A DNA stretch of 64,000 bases from Zygnema circumcarinatum SAG 698-1b. Taxonomy: Eukaryota > Plantae > Zygnematophyceae. The DNA lies in assembly GCA_037447605.1 (NCBI GenBank), contig CM074811.1, forward strand, positions 682,001 to 746,000, written 5' to 3'. The notes below the pieces were generated by a model, which was given only the letters and a program-made list of their open reading frames with translations, was not told where the DNA came from and did no database searches. Position numbers and translations under genes: made by a program. Position 1 is the stretch's first letter, and the number at the start of each line of letters is the position of its first letter. Positions 1 through 13,526 of the stretch are shown piece after piece.

Positions 1-62
1 TAATCGTAAAATTCCTGAAATCTGTTCTTTCTCCCACTTATTTCCTGTTGCTATCTATGCAG

Positions 63-1314
63 GTATCCTCACCTGATCGGTACGACGGCGGTAACAGAAC
101 TGAACTCCGTAAAAGAGGTTTCCGGAGGGTTGGAAATTGGAGGAGGGCTCACTCTCACCTGCCTCATGGATGCCTTAAAAGATGCAATTCGGAAGAGGGC
201 AAAATGTGAAACAAAGGCATGTGCGGCTATTGTGGAGCAGCTACGCTGGTTTGCAGGAAGTCAGGTGAGGAACACAACTTTAGTTATTTGGAAACTCTTT
301 AAATGACAAGAAATTGTAGAAATTTCTCTTCTCTTTCCGCCAGCTTTGTTAGGATTATAGCCTTGCCTTTAAGGGGTATTGACTCATTACTCTCAGTCTC
401 AGCTCAGCCACTATTCATTGCCACTTTCTGCAGGGGCAGTGCATGTACTTTCTTAAAGCATTTTGTTCATCGTGCTTGTTTGAAGAGAATTACTTGTGGC
501 TTTGTTTCTCTTTCCGGTGAAGTTTTTTTCAGTAAACTGATCGCGGTTCTCAGTATGAGTGCAGATCCGGAATGTTGCCTCTGTGGGCGGAAATATTTGC
601 ACTGCGAGCCCCATTTCGGATTTAAATCCTCTCTGGATAGCAGCGGGAGCCACCTTCTGCCTCGCCTCTAAGGGCTCGAAAACACGCCACGTGTCGGCAC
701 GAGATTTCTTCCTTGGATACCGAAAGGTCGACCTTCAAGCCACCGAAATTCTGAGCTCCATCTTCTTACCATGGTGAGGAGTAAAAAAAAAATTACCTCT
801 AGGCTGCTTGTGAGTGCTCGGAGTTAGTTGTAAGAAAGCTTCCCATGCGAGGGGCAAATGTGTTGGAGAGAGAGAGAGAGAGAGAAAGAGTGAGAGAGAG
901 AGAGCGGGAGAGAGAGAGAGAGACAAGAGGGGGATGGTAGAGAGCGTGAGAGAGGGAAGGCGGAGCGAAACTCTAATCTCGGTCTTTCAATGTTGTATGA
1001 TGGTAAACCTCAAAAAATTTACATTCCAGGACTCGCAAATACGAATATGTGAAAGAATTCAAACAAGCGCATCGAAAGGACGACGATATCGCCTTAGTCA
1101 ATGCCGGACTGAGAGTTCAGTTGGCAGAAAAAGACAAACAGTGGATCGTGGAGGGTGCCCGGTTGGCATATGGAGGAGTGGCAGCCCTCACAGTTTCCGC
1201 TAAAAAAACGGAAAACTTTCTGTTGGGAAAACCGTGGAACACAGCGACTTTGGAGGGAGGCCTTGCTGTGTTGAAAGATGAGATTGTTGTGCCAGACAAC
1301 GCACCAGGTGAATT

Positions 1315-1354
<40 letters not shown>

Positions 1355-4300
1355 CTCCTGCTCCATCCGCATTCGCTTTCTTTCCGTCTCCTTCCTCCTC
1401 TTCATATCGTTTTCGTTGTTTCCTTCTTCTCATCTCCTATTCTATCCTCCTTCTGTTCTCCTTCCCCTCTTCCCCCTTTTCCCCCTTCTCCTTCCTTCCT
1501 CAAATTCCCTCTGCAATCACTGCTTACCTTCCTTCTCCACCCCTTCCCTTCTCTTCACCCCTTCCCTCTCTTCATCTCTTTCCCTCCACCCCTTTTCGCC
1601 CTCCCTCCCCTCCCTCCTTCCCTCCCTTCCCTCCCCTCCCTCCCTCCCTCCTTCCCTCCCTCCCTCCCTCCCTCCCTCCCTCCCTCCCTCCCTCCCTCCC
1701 TCCCTCCTCCCTCCCTCCCTCCCTCCCTCCCTCCCTCCCTCCCTCCCTCCCTCCCTATCAGGCGGCATGGCCGAGTACCGCCGCTCTCTCGTGAGCAGCT
1801 TCTTCTTCAAGTTTTTCGTGCATGCTGCTCTCCAGCTGGAGGAGGAGGGAGGGGCCTCTCCCTCCTTCCCCGAGTCCTACCGCTCCGCCGCCTCTCCCTA
1901 TGAGAGGCCTCCCTCTCGCGGGCTGCAGTACTATGAGAGTGCCGGACCGGGACACGTGGCAGGCATGCCGACGATGCACATGTCGGCAGAGCTTCAGGTC
2001 ATCTCAAACCCTAAATCTTAAAAAGTTTCAAGAATATATATGCTCTATGTTGCACCCCACATGTACTGCTACCCCATGTTGACAACTTCCCACTGTTCTC
2101 TCTCTCCCCACTCTCTCTCTCTCTCACACACACACACACTCTCTCTCTCTGTTGTCCAGGTAACTGGTGAAGCAGAGTATGCTGATGACGTGGCAATGCC
2201 AACCAATGGCCTGCATGGAGCCCTCGTCCTTAGCACCAAAGCGCATGCGAAAATCCTTTCCGTTGATTTCTCTCCTGCAAAGAGTGTTCCCGGATTCATG
2301 GGATTCTTTTCAGCAAAGGATGTTCCGGGCAAGAATGATGTTGGGGCTATCGTCCATGATGAAGAAGTGTTCGCCAGTGAGGAGGTGACATGTGTCGGAC
2401 AGGTCATTGGAGTCGTTGTCGCAGATTCCCACGAAAATGCGAAAATTGCTGCAAGGAAGGTGGTGGTAAAGTACGAGGAGTTGCCTGCAATTTTCTCCAT
2501 AGAGGAGGCCATAGAACAGGGCAGCTACTATTCCGTTCCGTTCAGCTCGGCAACGAGTCGCAACATGGAGAAGGGAGATGTGGAGACCTGCTTTCAAAGC
2601 GAGGAATGTCACCATGTGGTGGAGGGGAAGGTGCGGATGGGAGGGCAGGAGCAGTTCTATTTGGAGCCGCAAATCAGTATTGTGTGGACTGTGGACAATG
2701 GGGCAGAAGTGCAAATGATCTCTTCAACACAGGTCAGCCATTTCCTCACCTGTAAACTTTCTATAAACTTGATGAATTCAACAAATGGAGATGGATCTGC
2801 AATCTTCGATTGCATCTTGTTATGTTCTCCATCAAGAACTCATCAAGTGGTAGCTCTCACCGCCGTCATTTGAAACCCTAAAACTCACCACATCGAATTT
2901 CAACCTCTCCCTAATTCCACAAAAAACTCAAACAAACCACTTACTCTTCTCGTTCCTCTCCTCCTCCTCGTTCCCTCCCTCTCTCTCTCTCCTCCTTCCC
3001 TCTCTCTCCCCCTCTCTCCTCCTTCCATCTCTCTCTCCCTCTCTCCTCCTTCCCTCTCTCTCCCCCTTTCTCCTCCTTCCCTCTCTCCTCCTTCCCTCTC
3101 TCTCCCTCTCTCCTCCTTCCCTCTCTCTCTCCCTCTCTCCTCTCTCTCTCTCCTCTCTCTCTCCCTCTCCTCCCTCCCTCTCTCTCTCTCCCCTCCTTCC
3201 CTCTCTCTCTCCCTCTCGCTTTCCCTCTCTCCTCCTTCCCCCTCTCTCTCTCCCTCTCTCCTCCTTCCCTCTCTCTCCCCCTCTCTCCTCCCTCCCTCTC
3301 TCTCCCCCTCTCTTCACGCAGGCTCCCACCCACCACCAGCGAGACGTGGCGAGGGCTTTAGGTCTCCCCTACCACAAGGTGGTGTGCCGCACAAAGCGCA
3401 TTGGAGGAGGGTTCGGAGGAAAGGAGACGAGAAGTGCCCTCGTTGCATTGGCGGCGGCAGTGCCCGCATTCCATCTCAAGAGAGCGGTGAAGATCGTTTT
3501 GGATCGAGATACCGACATGGCCATCACAGGGCACCGACATCCCTTCATGGGAAAATACAAGGTGAAATATGGTCTACCCTTTTGTCACCTTCTTCTTGCA
3601 TTTTTTTCCTTTTCATGGCCTGTTTTCTCAGTCGAGCAGTCTTTAAACTCTGTATATCCAGATACTTCAAAAGCTTCAAACTTCTAATTTCTGCGTTTCC
3701 GTCCTCGTGCTCATTCAACCTTCCTTTCCTTCATGTCCTGTCGACTCTTTTCCCTCCCTCCCTCTCTCCTTTTGAAACCTCCAGGTCGGATTCTCCAAGG
3801 AAGGGAAATTCCTTGCTCTCGACCTGGCCATATATAACAATGGCGGAAACTCTGTCGACCTTTCCTTTGCCGTTCTCGAACGTGCCATGTTCCATTCCGA
3901 CAATGTGTACGCAATTCCCAACGTTCGCATTGTTGGGAGAGTCTGCAAAACCAACATTCCAAGCAACACAGCTTTCCGCGGCTTTGGAGGGCCACAAGGA
4001 ATGTTAATATGTGAGAATTGGGTCGAGCACGTTGCACGAACTCTCAACAAACCGGTCGAGTACATTCGGGTAAGCGAAAAATATAGGTTTTCGGGGAATA
4101 TCGGTGTGTTGGTAGTTACGTTTTGGGGATTTGGAGGTTTGAGGACTTAGATTATGGGAGGTTTTGCTGTTATTTGGTGTTGCAGAGATTTGGGTTTGGT
4201 TTGGTTTGGTTTTGGGTTGTTTTAAAGGTTGCTTAAAACCTTTTTTTTTACTCTTTTTCTTGTTTCTTTTGCTTTGGGAGGACTGCCGTCTTCCTACTGC

Positions 4301-7199
4301 TGCTACTGCTGCGTGCCCAAGGAAGTAATGGGGAAAGAGAGATAAAGAGAGAGAGGGAGAGAGGGAGAGTGAGAAAGAGTGACTTATGTGGAGAGAAAAG
4401 GTCATGAAAGGGATGTGGCGGGATAGAAGAGAACCAACTCTGAGTTTTGTTGTCCCTTTTGAAAGTGACCCGATGTTTTGGGGGCGGTTGCAGGAACTGA
4501 ATTTCCATGGTGAAAACTACGAGGAGCATTACGGACAGATCATAGAACGTGACCAGATGCAACGGATTTGGAGCGATGTGAAGGAGCACGGAGAGTGGGA
4601 GAAACGTCGTGCTGACGTGGACGCCTTCAATTCCCAAAATCGGTGGAAAAAACGCGGAATTGCGATCGTGCCCACAAAGTTTGGAATCTCCTTCACCTCC
4701 AAGTTCTTGAATCAGGTGGACAAGTCTTTTCCAGAGCCGGTTTTAGGAGTAAATTGTACACTTATATACAGTGAGGAATGGTCATCTTAATAGGGTAACA
4801 AATGGGGTGTAGGGAGGTGGGTCTGTGAACATGTACCATGTACTGTTAGGAAACTGTACCATCCCATCGTCCCACCTTGTTCCACCTCGTTTGCTGTTGT
4901 CCAAGTTTTGGGTACAAATGGGGTCTAGCGAAGCCCTATTATCAACATAACCTGTGTTAACCCTCCCCCCCTTATTCCACCTTGTTCCCTACTCCCACCT
5001 TGTTTGCTGTTGTCCTAATTTTGGGTACAAATGGGGTCTAGCGAGACATACATACATACATACATACATACATTTCCTATGTCTGACCCTCCCCATTTGC
5101 TCACAAATGTTGTCCTACAGGGCGGTGCCCTTGTGAACATATACAGCGACGGAACTGTGCTTGTGACCCATGGAGGAGTGGAGATGGGTCAGGGCCTGCA
5201 CACGAAGGTGGCCCAAGTCGCCGCCCACTCCCTCCGCTGCCCATTGGCCGCCGTCTTCATCGCCGAGACGAGCACCGACAAAGTGCCCAACTCCTCTCCC
5301 ACAGCGGCCTCCGCCTCCTCCGATCTGTACGGACAGGCCACGCTAAACGCATGCATGGAACTGCTGGAGAGGATGAAGCCTGTGAGGGAGAGCATGCCAG
5401 ATGCCACCTTCGCGCAGGTACCTGTTCGTCTCTCTCTCCCTCTCCCTGTCACTCCCTCTCACTCCCTCTCCCTCTCTCTCTCTCATCCCTCTCCCTCCCT
5501 CCTTCCTCTCCTCCTCCCTCTACCCTCCCCCTCCGACTCCCACGTGCTCTCCCTCGGCCTCTCCCTCTCCCTCTCCCTCTCCTTCCTGGGTCCGCTCCTC
5601 GTCCCTCTCCCCTCCCCCTCCCTCTCCGACTCCCACTTTCTCACCCTCGGCCTCTCCCTCCCACTCTTCCTCCCCCCCTCCCACTTGCACGTCTTTCTCT
5701 TACTCTCCGTCCCCCTCACGCGTTCTCTCTTCCTCTCCCTCTTGCTCTCCTTCTCAGCCTGTCCCTCTCCCGCTCTCTCTGTCTCTGCCCTCGCCTTCTT
5801 TGATTCCCCCTCGTTTCTCCGTAAGAAAAACTAACTTGCCTGGGGTTGTTCTTTTCCTGAAAATCTCTCCCGGCAGGTGGCTGAGAAATGCTATTTTGAG
5901 CGGATTAACTTGTCCGCTCAGGGCTTTTTCTCCACCCCAGAAATCAATTTTGATTGGTCCGTTTCCAAGGGCCATCCCTTTGCATATTTTACGTACGGAG
6001 CTGCTTTGGCAGAAGCAGAAATCGATACTCTGACCGGAGCCTTCACCTTGCCACGTGTGGACCTTATCATGGACGTCGGAAAATCGATTAACCCCGCAAT
6101 CGATATTGGCCAGGTGAGAGAAACAACGGCAGAGGGAGAGGGGAGGGAGGGAGGGGAGGGCTGGAGGGAGGGAGAGGGGTGGGAGAGGTTCCTTTTGCAT
6201 TTCACAGACTTGAAAGCTCTACTTCTATCTACTCGCTCTATCTGAGTGCTACCATGTGATGTATCTCACTTCCAAGGCTGTCGATGGATTTTTTTCAAGC
6301 TCCAAACTCTTAAACATGTTAAAACTTGTAAATGTCTAAGCATGAAAACTCTTAAACCTGCAAATTTTATATGCTGAAAATTAGTCTAAAATGTTAAAAC
6401 ATAATCTAAAACGCAGAAATTTAAAAAAAAAAAAAAATTGTTGATGGGGTGCGAGCAGGTAGAAGGTGGTTTCGTCCAAGGAGTGGGATGGGCTGTTTTG
6501 GAGGAGATAAAGTGGGGAGATAAGGAGCATCCTTGGGTCCGTCCGGGCACACTTTTTACACAGGGCCCGGGCACGTACAAGCTTCCCTCTGTCAATGATA
6601 TTCCTGTCGACTTCCGATGTACATTGCTCAGGGTAAGAAACAAGCAAAAAAAGAAGGAAAGAAAAGAAATGGGTTTTTTTGACATTTTTAGAAGAAGAGA
6701 ATGAAACTCTTTTCGCGCTTTCCCTTCTTCTCTCTTCCTTCTGTTCTCTCTAGTCGACCATTGTGTTTCGAGGTCTTAAGCATTTTTTCTTCCTCACCCT
6801 CTGCCTCTATGGATTTGTGACTTTGGGGATTTGGGTCTCTCCCTCTCCCTCTCCCTCTCCCTCTCCCTCTCCCTNNNNNNNNNNTCCCTCTCCCTCTCCC
6901 TCTCCCTCTCCCTCTCCCTCTCCCTCGCTGGTTTGCCCTCTCTCTCTTACCCGCAGGAAGCGTCGAATCCGAAAGCTGTCCTCTCTTCCAAGGCCGTGGG
7001 AGAGCCTCCTCTCTTCATGGGCTCCTCCGCCGTCTTCGCCATCAAAGATGCGATCGTTTCCGCGCGGAGGGAGGCCGGCCTCGAGGGCTTCTTTGTGCTG
7101 AATACGCCCACAACGCCGGAACGCATCCGCATGGCGTGTGCCGATACCTTCACGGCTCCGTTTGCGGCGGAGGATTTCCGTCCGAAGCTTAGCGTATGA
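63..7199 (+). CDS. XDH: Xanthine dehydrogenase (molybdo-flavoenzyme); 5' part lies upstream of the window
   Basis: 12 GT-AG exons in frame: 63-264, 565-773, 1030-1307, 1762-1997, 2160-2732, 3322-3561, 3785-4069, 4494-4715, 5121-5417, 5877-6113, 6459-6632, 6957-7199 (TGA). FAD-domain motifs [21 protein letters not shown] and AHRKDDDIA. Moco-domain motifs [56 protein letters not shown] and catalytic GEPPL. These substrate-site residues indicate XDH rather than aldehyde oxidase. Confidence 0.97.
1310..1756. repeat. (CT)n and (CCCT)n intronic pyrimidine tract in XDH
   Basis: (CT)n at 1318-1350 and a near-perfect (CCCT)n run from about 1600-1755 ending at the acceptor. Similar tracts occur at 2945-3315, 5430-5800, 6838-6925, 52135-53120, 53880-54520 and 57510-57830; GA-rich tracts at 27640-28500 and 35095-35580. 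Confidence 0.95.
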
Positions 7200-8105
7200 T
7201 ACGGCGGCGCATGGAACACGCCGTTTTCGGAGTTAGGTTATACCGAAACGCTTTTGGGGATAGCTTCGTTTCTTCTCTCTATTCCACCACCTTCCTTTCT
7301 TTTCCTTTCTATTGGTTCAACAGGCAAAAGTTTCGATGGGGTTGAGGGCTTTTTGAAGTTGGGGTTTGAGGGTCTATAGGAGGAAAGGGCTCAGGGCTCC
7401 GGTCCTTCACTTTCGCTGTAAGATTGTACATATTATAGTGTTCTGTTCATTTCACCTGGGTGCGAAGTGAGAGAAAGGGAGGGAGGAGAGGAGAGGATGG
7501 AAGAGAAGAGAACAAGAGAAAGTGGGGGTTGAGTGGAAAAGAGAGGGAGGAGGAAAGGGATGGAGTGAGGGAAAGAAAGGGAGAGCGAAAGAGAGAGTGG
7601 TGAAAGAAGGAGAGAGGGGAAAAGGGTTACAGTCCTTATAATAGGCCCCTGCAGGTAAGGGGAATACCTGGAATATGCGCACACAAGGGGAGGATAGGCC
7701 GAGGTTTGGCCTCACTTGACCTTATGGGCTTTTGGTGAATACAAAGCTCTGTCTGAGGTGGGGATATATGACCGATCCATGAGTTCAGCCCAGTTTGAGC
7801 CCAGTTTTTCGTGCTATTTATTTGAAAAAATATGAAATATCTGCGTTTTGTGTTGAGTTTTTCAATATACTAAAGTGTCTAAAAGATTTTTTTTAGAAAG
7901 ATCAGTTGGTTGTCACGTACAGAGGATGGAACGCGGAACTGAAATTTTGTCCTTTTGTTCGTACACGTGAACCGTGTGCGGTCAATTCAATGTTTTTGCT
8001 TCGTTGCGGTGAAAAAAGGTTTTCCCCTTTTGTAAGTTTGCAAAACTATTTTCAAGTTTGCGTAACATTCTTGGACTTTGGCTCAATCTCGAAGATAGAG
8101 AAATC

Positions 8106-8460
8106 TGCATTGGTCTCACACATGGCGATGCCATCAACTGTACAAAGACGAACAACAACAACCTGGGGAACCACGAGGAACCGGAAACTCAAAGACAGGA
8201 TTGGGGGCCATATTGGACATGGTTTCGCAAGTGTGGCATGCCCTGTTCCATTGGTGCAGGACAATGAAGAAAGCCGTTTGTTCAACAACACGCAACGCTG
8301 CATGCACACATGCACTCAAGCACGTGGTCCCAAGTTCGCAACCCCTCCTTTCAGTTTTCCCTCAATTACCAAACGCGAGGAACTTCTACTTGTCCGAATC
8401 CCAGAAACTCGTGGTTCCCCATGCTGATGTTGTCCATATACATTGTGAGATCAATGCCAC
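8106..8460. mobile_element. Degenerate inverted-repeat element (old MITE?) with a related solo arm at 15253-15330
   Basis: Left arm ...GCATTGGTCTCACA...TGGGGAACCACGAG and right arm CTCGTGGTTCCCCA...TGTGAGATCAATGCCAC are imperfect reverse complements. The same arm occurs in EBP intron 3. No TSD found. Confidence 0.45.
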
Positions 8461-8903
8461 TTCCTTTGCAAAAACCCAAATGTAGCATACAAGATATACA
8501 ACACATGCTCCTTGTGTTCTATATACATGAAACTCGCAGTTCCGTTACAGTCCTAACTGAACTGGCATGTGCCATGCCCTGGAAATCGTTCAAAAATTGG
8601 TGGCACGGGCACATGGCTCCATGGGGAGATGTGCTGTCATAGCCCACGACCGTTCCATGTGACAGTCTACGCTCCGTGAAACGACTAACGGAGCAGGCCG
8701 TTACAACTAATACATGTGCGTGGAAATGCTGCCACGTGGCGCCTCTTTGATTTCCCTCCTGCAGGCTTGAGGAGGGCTCGTGCAGGGCAGGGCAGGGCCG
8801 GATTAGGGTTGCAGACTGCTAGGGGAAGGGCAGGAATAGAGGGCGCTCTTGGAGCTTGGGAGCTCTTGCGGGGGAGTAGTTCTGCGGTGGAGACAGGGAG
8901 GCA

Positions 8904-11900
8904 ATGGAGGGACCAGACCTCACTCGAGAGCAGGTTCGGAAAAATCTGCTTTTGCGTATGCTAATTTTGGGTGGCTATGAGAAATGCCGAGAGTTTGACG
9001 GATTTTGGATGATCTGAGATGGTGTTTGTCAGATTTTCCCTCGTATTTTCTATGTAAATGCATTCAGGAGCAAAGTTTCCAGCTTTGAAGTTCATGTGTT
9101 CGGATCGCAGCACCTACATTGATGGATGTGTTTGGAGATGTTTTCTCCGAAATATGATTGGTATCGTGAAGGTTAGGGTCTGATTTCTTTTTTGCGTTTG
9201 CCTGTTTCAGCGTTAAATGTTTTTTTCCCCTACTTTCTGGAGCTTATTGCAGGTGCTTCAGCGGGATATACCATGGGAAACCTACATGACTGCAAAGATG
9301 ATTACAGGAACTGGATTGCAGTTACTGAGACGATATGATCACCGATCTAAAGAAGTCCAGGCAAGCCTTATTGAAGATGTACGTGCTCCTCGCTTTCTTA
9401 CTCCCCCCTCCGCTCGTTAGATTTTCTTCCTGGATTTCTTTTCTTCATTTTCCTGATGATTTGCTCTTTCCTTCTTATACTCCAAGGGCGCTTTCACTCA
9501 ACCCCTCCTCATGCAACCGTCTTCAGATCTCTTATAACTTCTCTTTCAACAGGATTATTTGTGAGCTATAGGTGCAAAACTGAACAAGCTCAATGTGACC
9601 ACTAAGGCGGGATTGTAATGAGGTTGAAATAACTTGAAGATTTTGGCATTAGAATCGTTGCAGTAAAGTTGCAACTTTGTCAACGAGCTCTCTTTCTGCA
9701 CTTGAAAGTCACAGTCTAGAACATAATATGTTGCTCTTTCGTACCTCGTAATTGAGTTTTTGGACCGGAAAGTCATTACGTGCCCTCGGGTACAGGACAT
9801 ACATTCATTACGGTACAACTCCAACTCTGTAGTTTACTTATCGATTAGTATTTGATATTACATGTGAACTCCCTGAGATCTGGTAATGACCTTGAAGAAT
9901 CACGGGAGTTATTTTTCTCATTCATGATAGTTCTTCCTTTTCTGTTCAGGATGGGCCAGCGTATGTCAAGACATTCATTTCAGTGCTTCGCAATGTTACC
10001 AAGGACGAAACCATTGAGTACACGCTTGCTCTTCTTGATGAGCTTCTTTCCAGTAAGTTTTTCAGTATTTCGCTTAAATTTAGAAGCTTACAAAAGTACT
10101 TTGTCCAGGGAAAGTTATGCTGAAGGTAGTGTCCTGAATTTATTCGGAACTTTCCTAATGTGCAGTAAATCCGAAGAGGGCAAGGTTTCTTCATGACCCG
10201 ACTTTAGCAGGTGATGATGTGTATGGAACTCTACTCAGGTAAGGTTCTAGCTTGTTAAAGAAGCCGATCTCTCACTGCTGAACTCCTTTCTCGTAGTGGT
10301 TCTATAGAAGCTTTGCTGTTCCATCCGTCGGCGATTTGTGATTGTTTTGACTGCATTGCATATGCATTGTTTTGTCCTTCCATGTGTTGGTTCCATCGTC
10401 CAATGCCCCGGTCGTGATTCATTGGAACTTGATTGTTCATTTTGAAGGGGTTTGGCTGGACAGCTGCGCCACTATTCTGGGAAACGTTCTTCCAAATGGC
10501 TGTCCTTCTTTTCTTGGCTGCTTTCTGGTGTGCTTTCTTGCAGTCTTTGATGAAGACGTGATGATCTGTCCTTCGTGCCGCTGCCTCTTGCAGGTTCTTA
10601 ACGAAAAAAAAATGGTATTGCCAGCATCTATCAGTGGCATCCAGAGAGCTGTGTCTCCTTCTCTCTTTTTTTTTTTCCTCTCTCTCTCTCTTTCTCTCAG
10701 ACCAAAGCACACAGTTGCACCTCCGCGGCTCTGCATGCGTCGGAGTGCTCACAACAAGTGTGGACTGGTGTTTGTGTGGGTCTTTATTGGCTGCCTGAAT
10801 TGGTTTGTCGGAAGTTGATATATTCACGAGGAAAATAGTAGACACGATTCTAATTCTGTAGTGGGTCCGCCAAATGTACACCATGTATGTACACCAGATA
10901 TACCCAAGGTAAGTAGGATTTTTTGCCCTAACAACAGCTTCTATGCGTTATGCATCTGTTGTGCAGGCTGTTGAGTCGGAAAAAGTGGTTTATTTTGGAG
11001 ACAACATGCAAGATTCTAACCATTGTGCTAAGGTATTGGAGGCTCCTCCCTAAGGAAGTTGGATCAGTTATGTATGGGTTGACTGATTGTGATCCAATAG
11101 CCTTATCTGATGTGCTATCTCAAGTCCAATCTGGAGGCTCTAACCCTAGAAACCGTAAAACTCTACAATCCTAAAAATATCCTTGCCGATGACAATGGCG
11201 AGATAATGTGTATTGCAGTTCTCGGCACAAGAGACTTTCTAGTGCTGCGCTGAATGGTTATTCTTCGTCATCCGAAATCGGACCCACGGATGAAGATGAA
11301 GTGTTGTCTCACTTTATCGAATGGCTATGTGAACAGGTGAAGTACTGCCCTTTTACTGCTGTCTTGTAGAGCCCTCAAAAAAGGCAAATGCGGTGTTCGT
11401 CAGGGTTCCAACGGCATTTGTAATCCTGATTTTACGCATGTCTGAATTGTTTTGAATTGCAAGCTATTCCTGGAGATTTTAAATCCCTCTAGTGTCCTGT
11501 GAGTTTTTTTTCAAGCAGACTCTAGCTACGTTCTCTAAAGACTCTTTCTCGACTTGGATGGAGGCCGATTTTAACTAGTTGATAGAACCCAACAAGTGTC
11601 CTTACTTGTTAGTCAGTAGCAAAAATAGCTGCTGAAATATTGCCTTTTAAGACTGTAACGCACTTCAGGCTCCTCTTCCTCAACATGGCTGACTGTGGCT
11701 ACGATTGTTCTATGAGATGTGCAGTTGAGACTCCCGTCTCATCCCACAAGGGCTGCTCCTGCAGCTGTCAGCGCTCTTGCAGTCCTCCTCCGAGAAACTA
11801 AGGCGAGGGCTCTTTTCGTGAAGGCTGACGGAGTAAAGCTGCTTACGCCATTGATTTCACCAGCGTCGAGTCAGCAGTACATGCAGGTATTCTTCTCGTT

Positions 11901-13526
11901 ATCTGATCAGAATCGCTGAGTGTCAAAATGCCTCTGTGAGATTTGGGTTTGTGGCGTGGCGTTATGACATGTGCAACCGACCTGAAATTTCTTTGGGTGG
12001 TTTCGCAGCTTTTGTACGAGACAGTGTTGTGTGTGTGGTTGCTGTCATTCTACGAGCCGGCAACCCATGCTATTGGGGCCACACGCATTATTCCTCGTCT
12101 GGTGGATGTCGCAAAGAGTTCCACAAAAGAAAAGGTAACATTTGAATGCTTGCCGTCCACATCGCAGCACATGCTGCAACATCATTTTTCCTTTTTTAAC
12201 CAAAATTAAACGTTGCTGTGTTTCTCAGAAAACAGTTTCCAGAAGTATAAATTCAGAAGGAATTACTTCATTCCTGCTAAACTTCAATTCTTATATCCTT
12301 GCTGTACAAGCCTTTCATATTCAGAAAGCCGCCGTCTCCATTGTCTCATTCATCGCCATTGATTGTCTTGTAATGCCTTCCTGTCTGTGGCACACACATT
12401 TCTGTTTCTTCTTTGCGTCCCTCAACATCTGATGTGTAACCCATGATCTTGCGACAGGTTGTCCGTGTTGCTATTTTGGCACTGTACAATCTCCACAACA
12501 GGAGCACGTACGGTGACGTGATGGTGGAGCTAGGGCTTCCTAAAGTGGTCCAGGCCCTGAAGCTTCAGGCATGGTCAGATGAGGTACATAAGCGCTCTCA
12601 TCCACTTCTCCTCCCACCCATCATACATACCTTTAATCGGACTTGCAACTTTTGAGCTTGTATAGGGTTGAAAAAGGCTGCATTAAGACAACTGTGCGGG
12701 TTGTCTGTATTGGGTCCAGGATCTGACGGAGGCCTTGGACACCCTGGAGGAGGACTTGCGTGCTAAGATCAAAGTGCTCAGCTCCTTTGACAAGTATAAG
12801 AAGGAAGTGTTGTCAGGAACTCTGGAGTGGACGCCCATGCATAAAGATCCGGCATTCTGGCGGGAGAACGTGGTGAAGTTTGAAGATAACGACTTTCAGG
12901 TGCGAAGACAGTTCAACTTTCCTGAGGTCTTTTCAACAATTCTGAGAGTTCTTTAGGCGTCTGTTGATGATTGATCTGTGGAGCAGTTTTTCGGTTTTAG
13001 GAGAGGGTTCCTCTCGCCATAAGAGCCAAGGGGGGCATATCTGTATGCTAATGGACCGATGATGTTGGTGTTGATGTGAAAGTAAGCTTGGAATGATGTT
13101 ACGGTTGTGAAGTGGGATGGTGTTAATGTCCACATGGGAGAATGTAACAGGTCTCAGTCGATGATGTAATTCCAGCTCGGATGACTTAACTGGTTTGAGG
13201 CGATGCTGTAAATGTCAATGCGGGATGATGTAACTGATGTGAGTCGATGATGTAAATATTGGCGTGGAATGATGCAACAGGTGCTACGTGTGCTGGTGAC
13301 ATTGCTGGACAACTCCAAGGACCCCAAAACGCTGGCAGTGGCCTGCCACGACCTCGGGCAGTTCGTCCACAACCACTCCTCAGGGCGCCTTATCGCACTC
13401 GACCTCAAGGCGAAAGACCGCGTGATGGGTCTCATGACTCACACTGATTCCGAGGTACGAAAGCAGGCCCTGCTCTGTGTACAGAAGCTGCTTCTCAGTG
13501 CTAAGTTTGTCAGCTACATGCAGTAG
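8904..13526 (+). CDS. VHA-H: V-type proton ATPase subunit H (~451 aa)
   Basis: 11 exons: 8904-8933 ([10 protein letters not shown]), 9253-9378, 9950-10052, 10166-10238, 10967-11032, 11219-11336, 11725-11886, 12009-12134, 12458-12583, 12720-12899, 13281-13526. Total 1356 nt, in frame. Motifs [62 protein letters not shown] match plant VHA-H. Confidence 0.96.
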
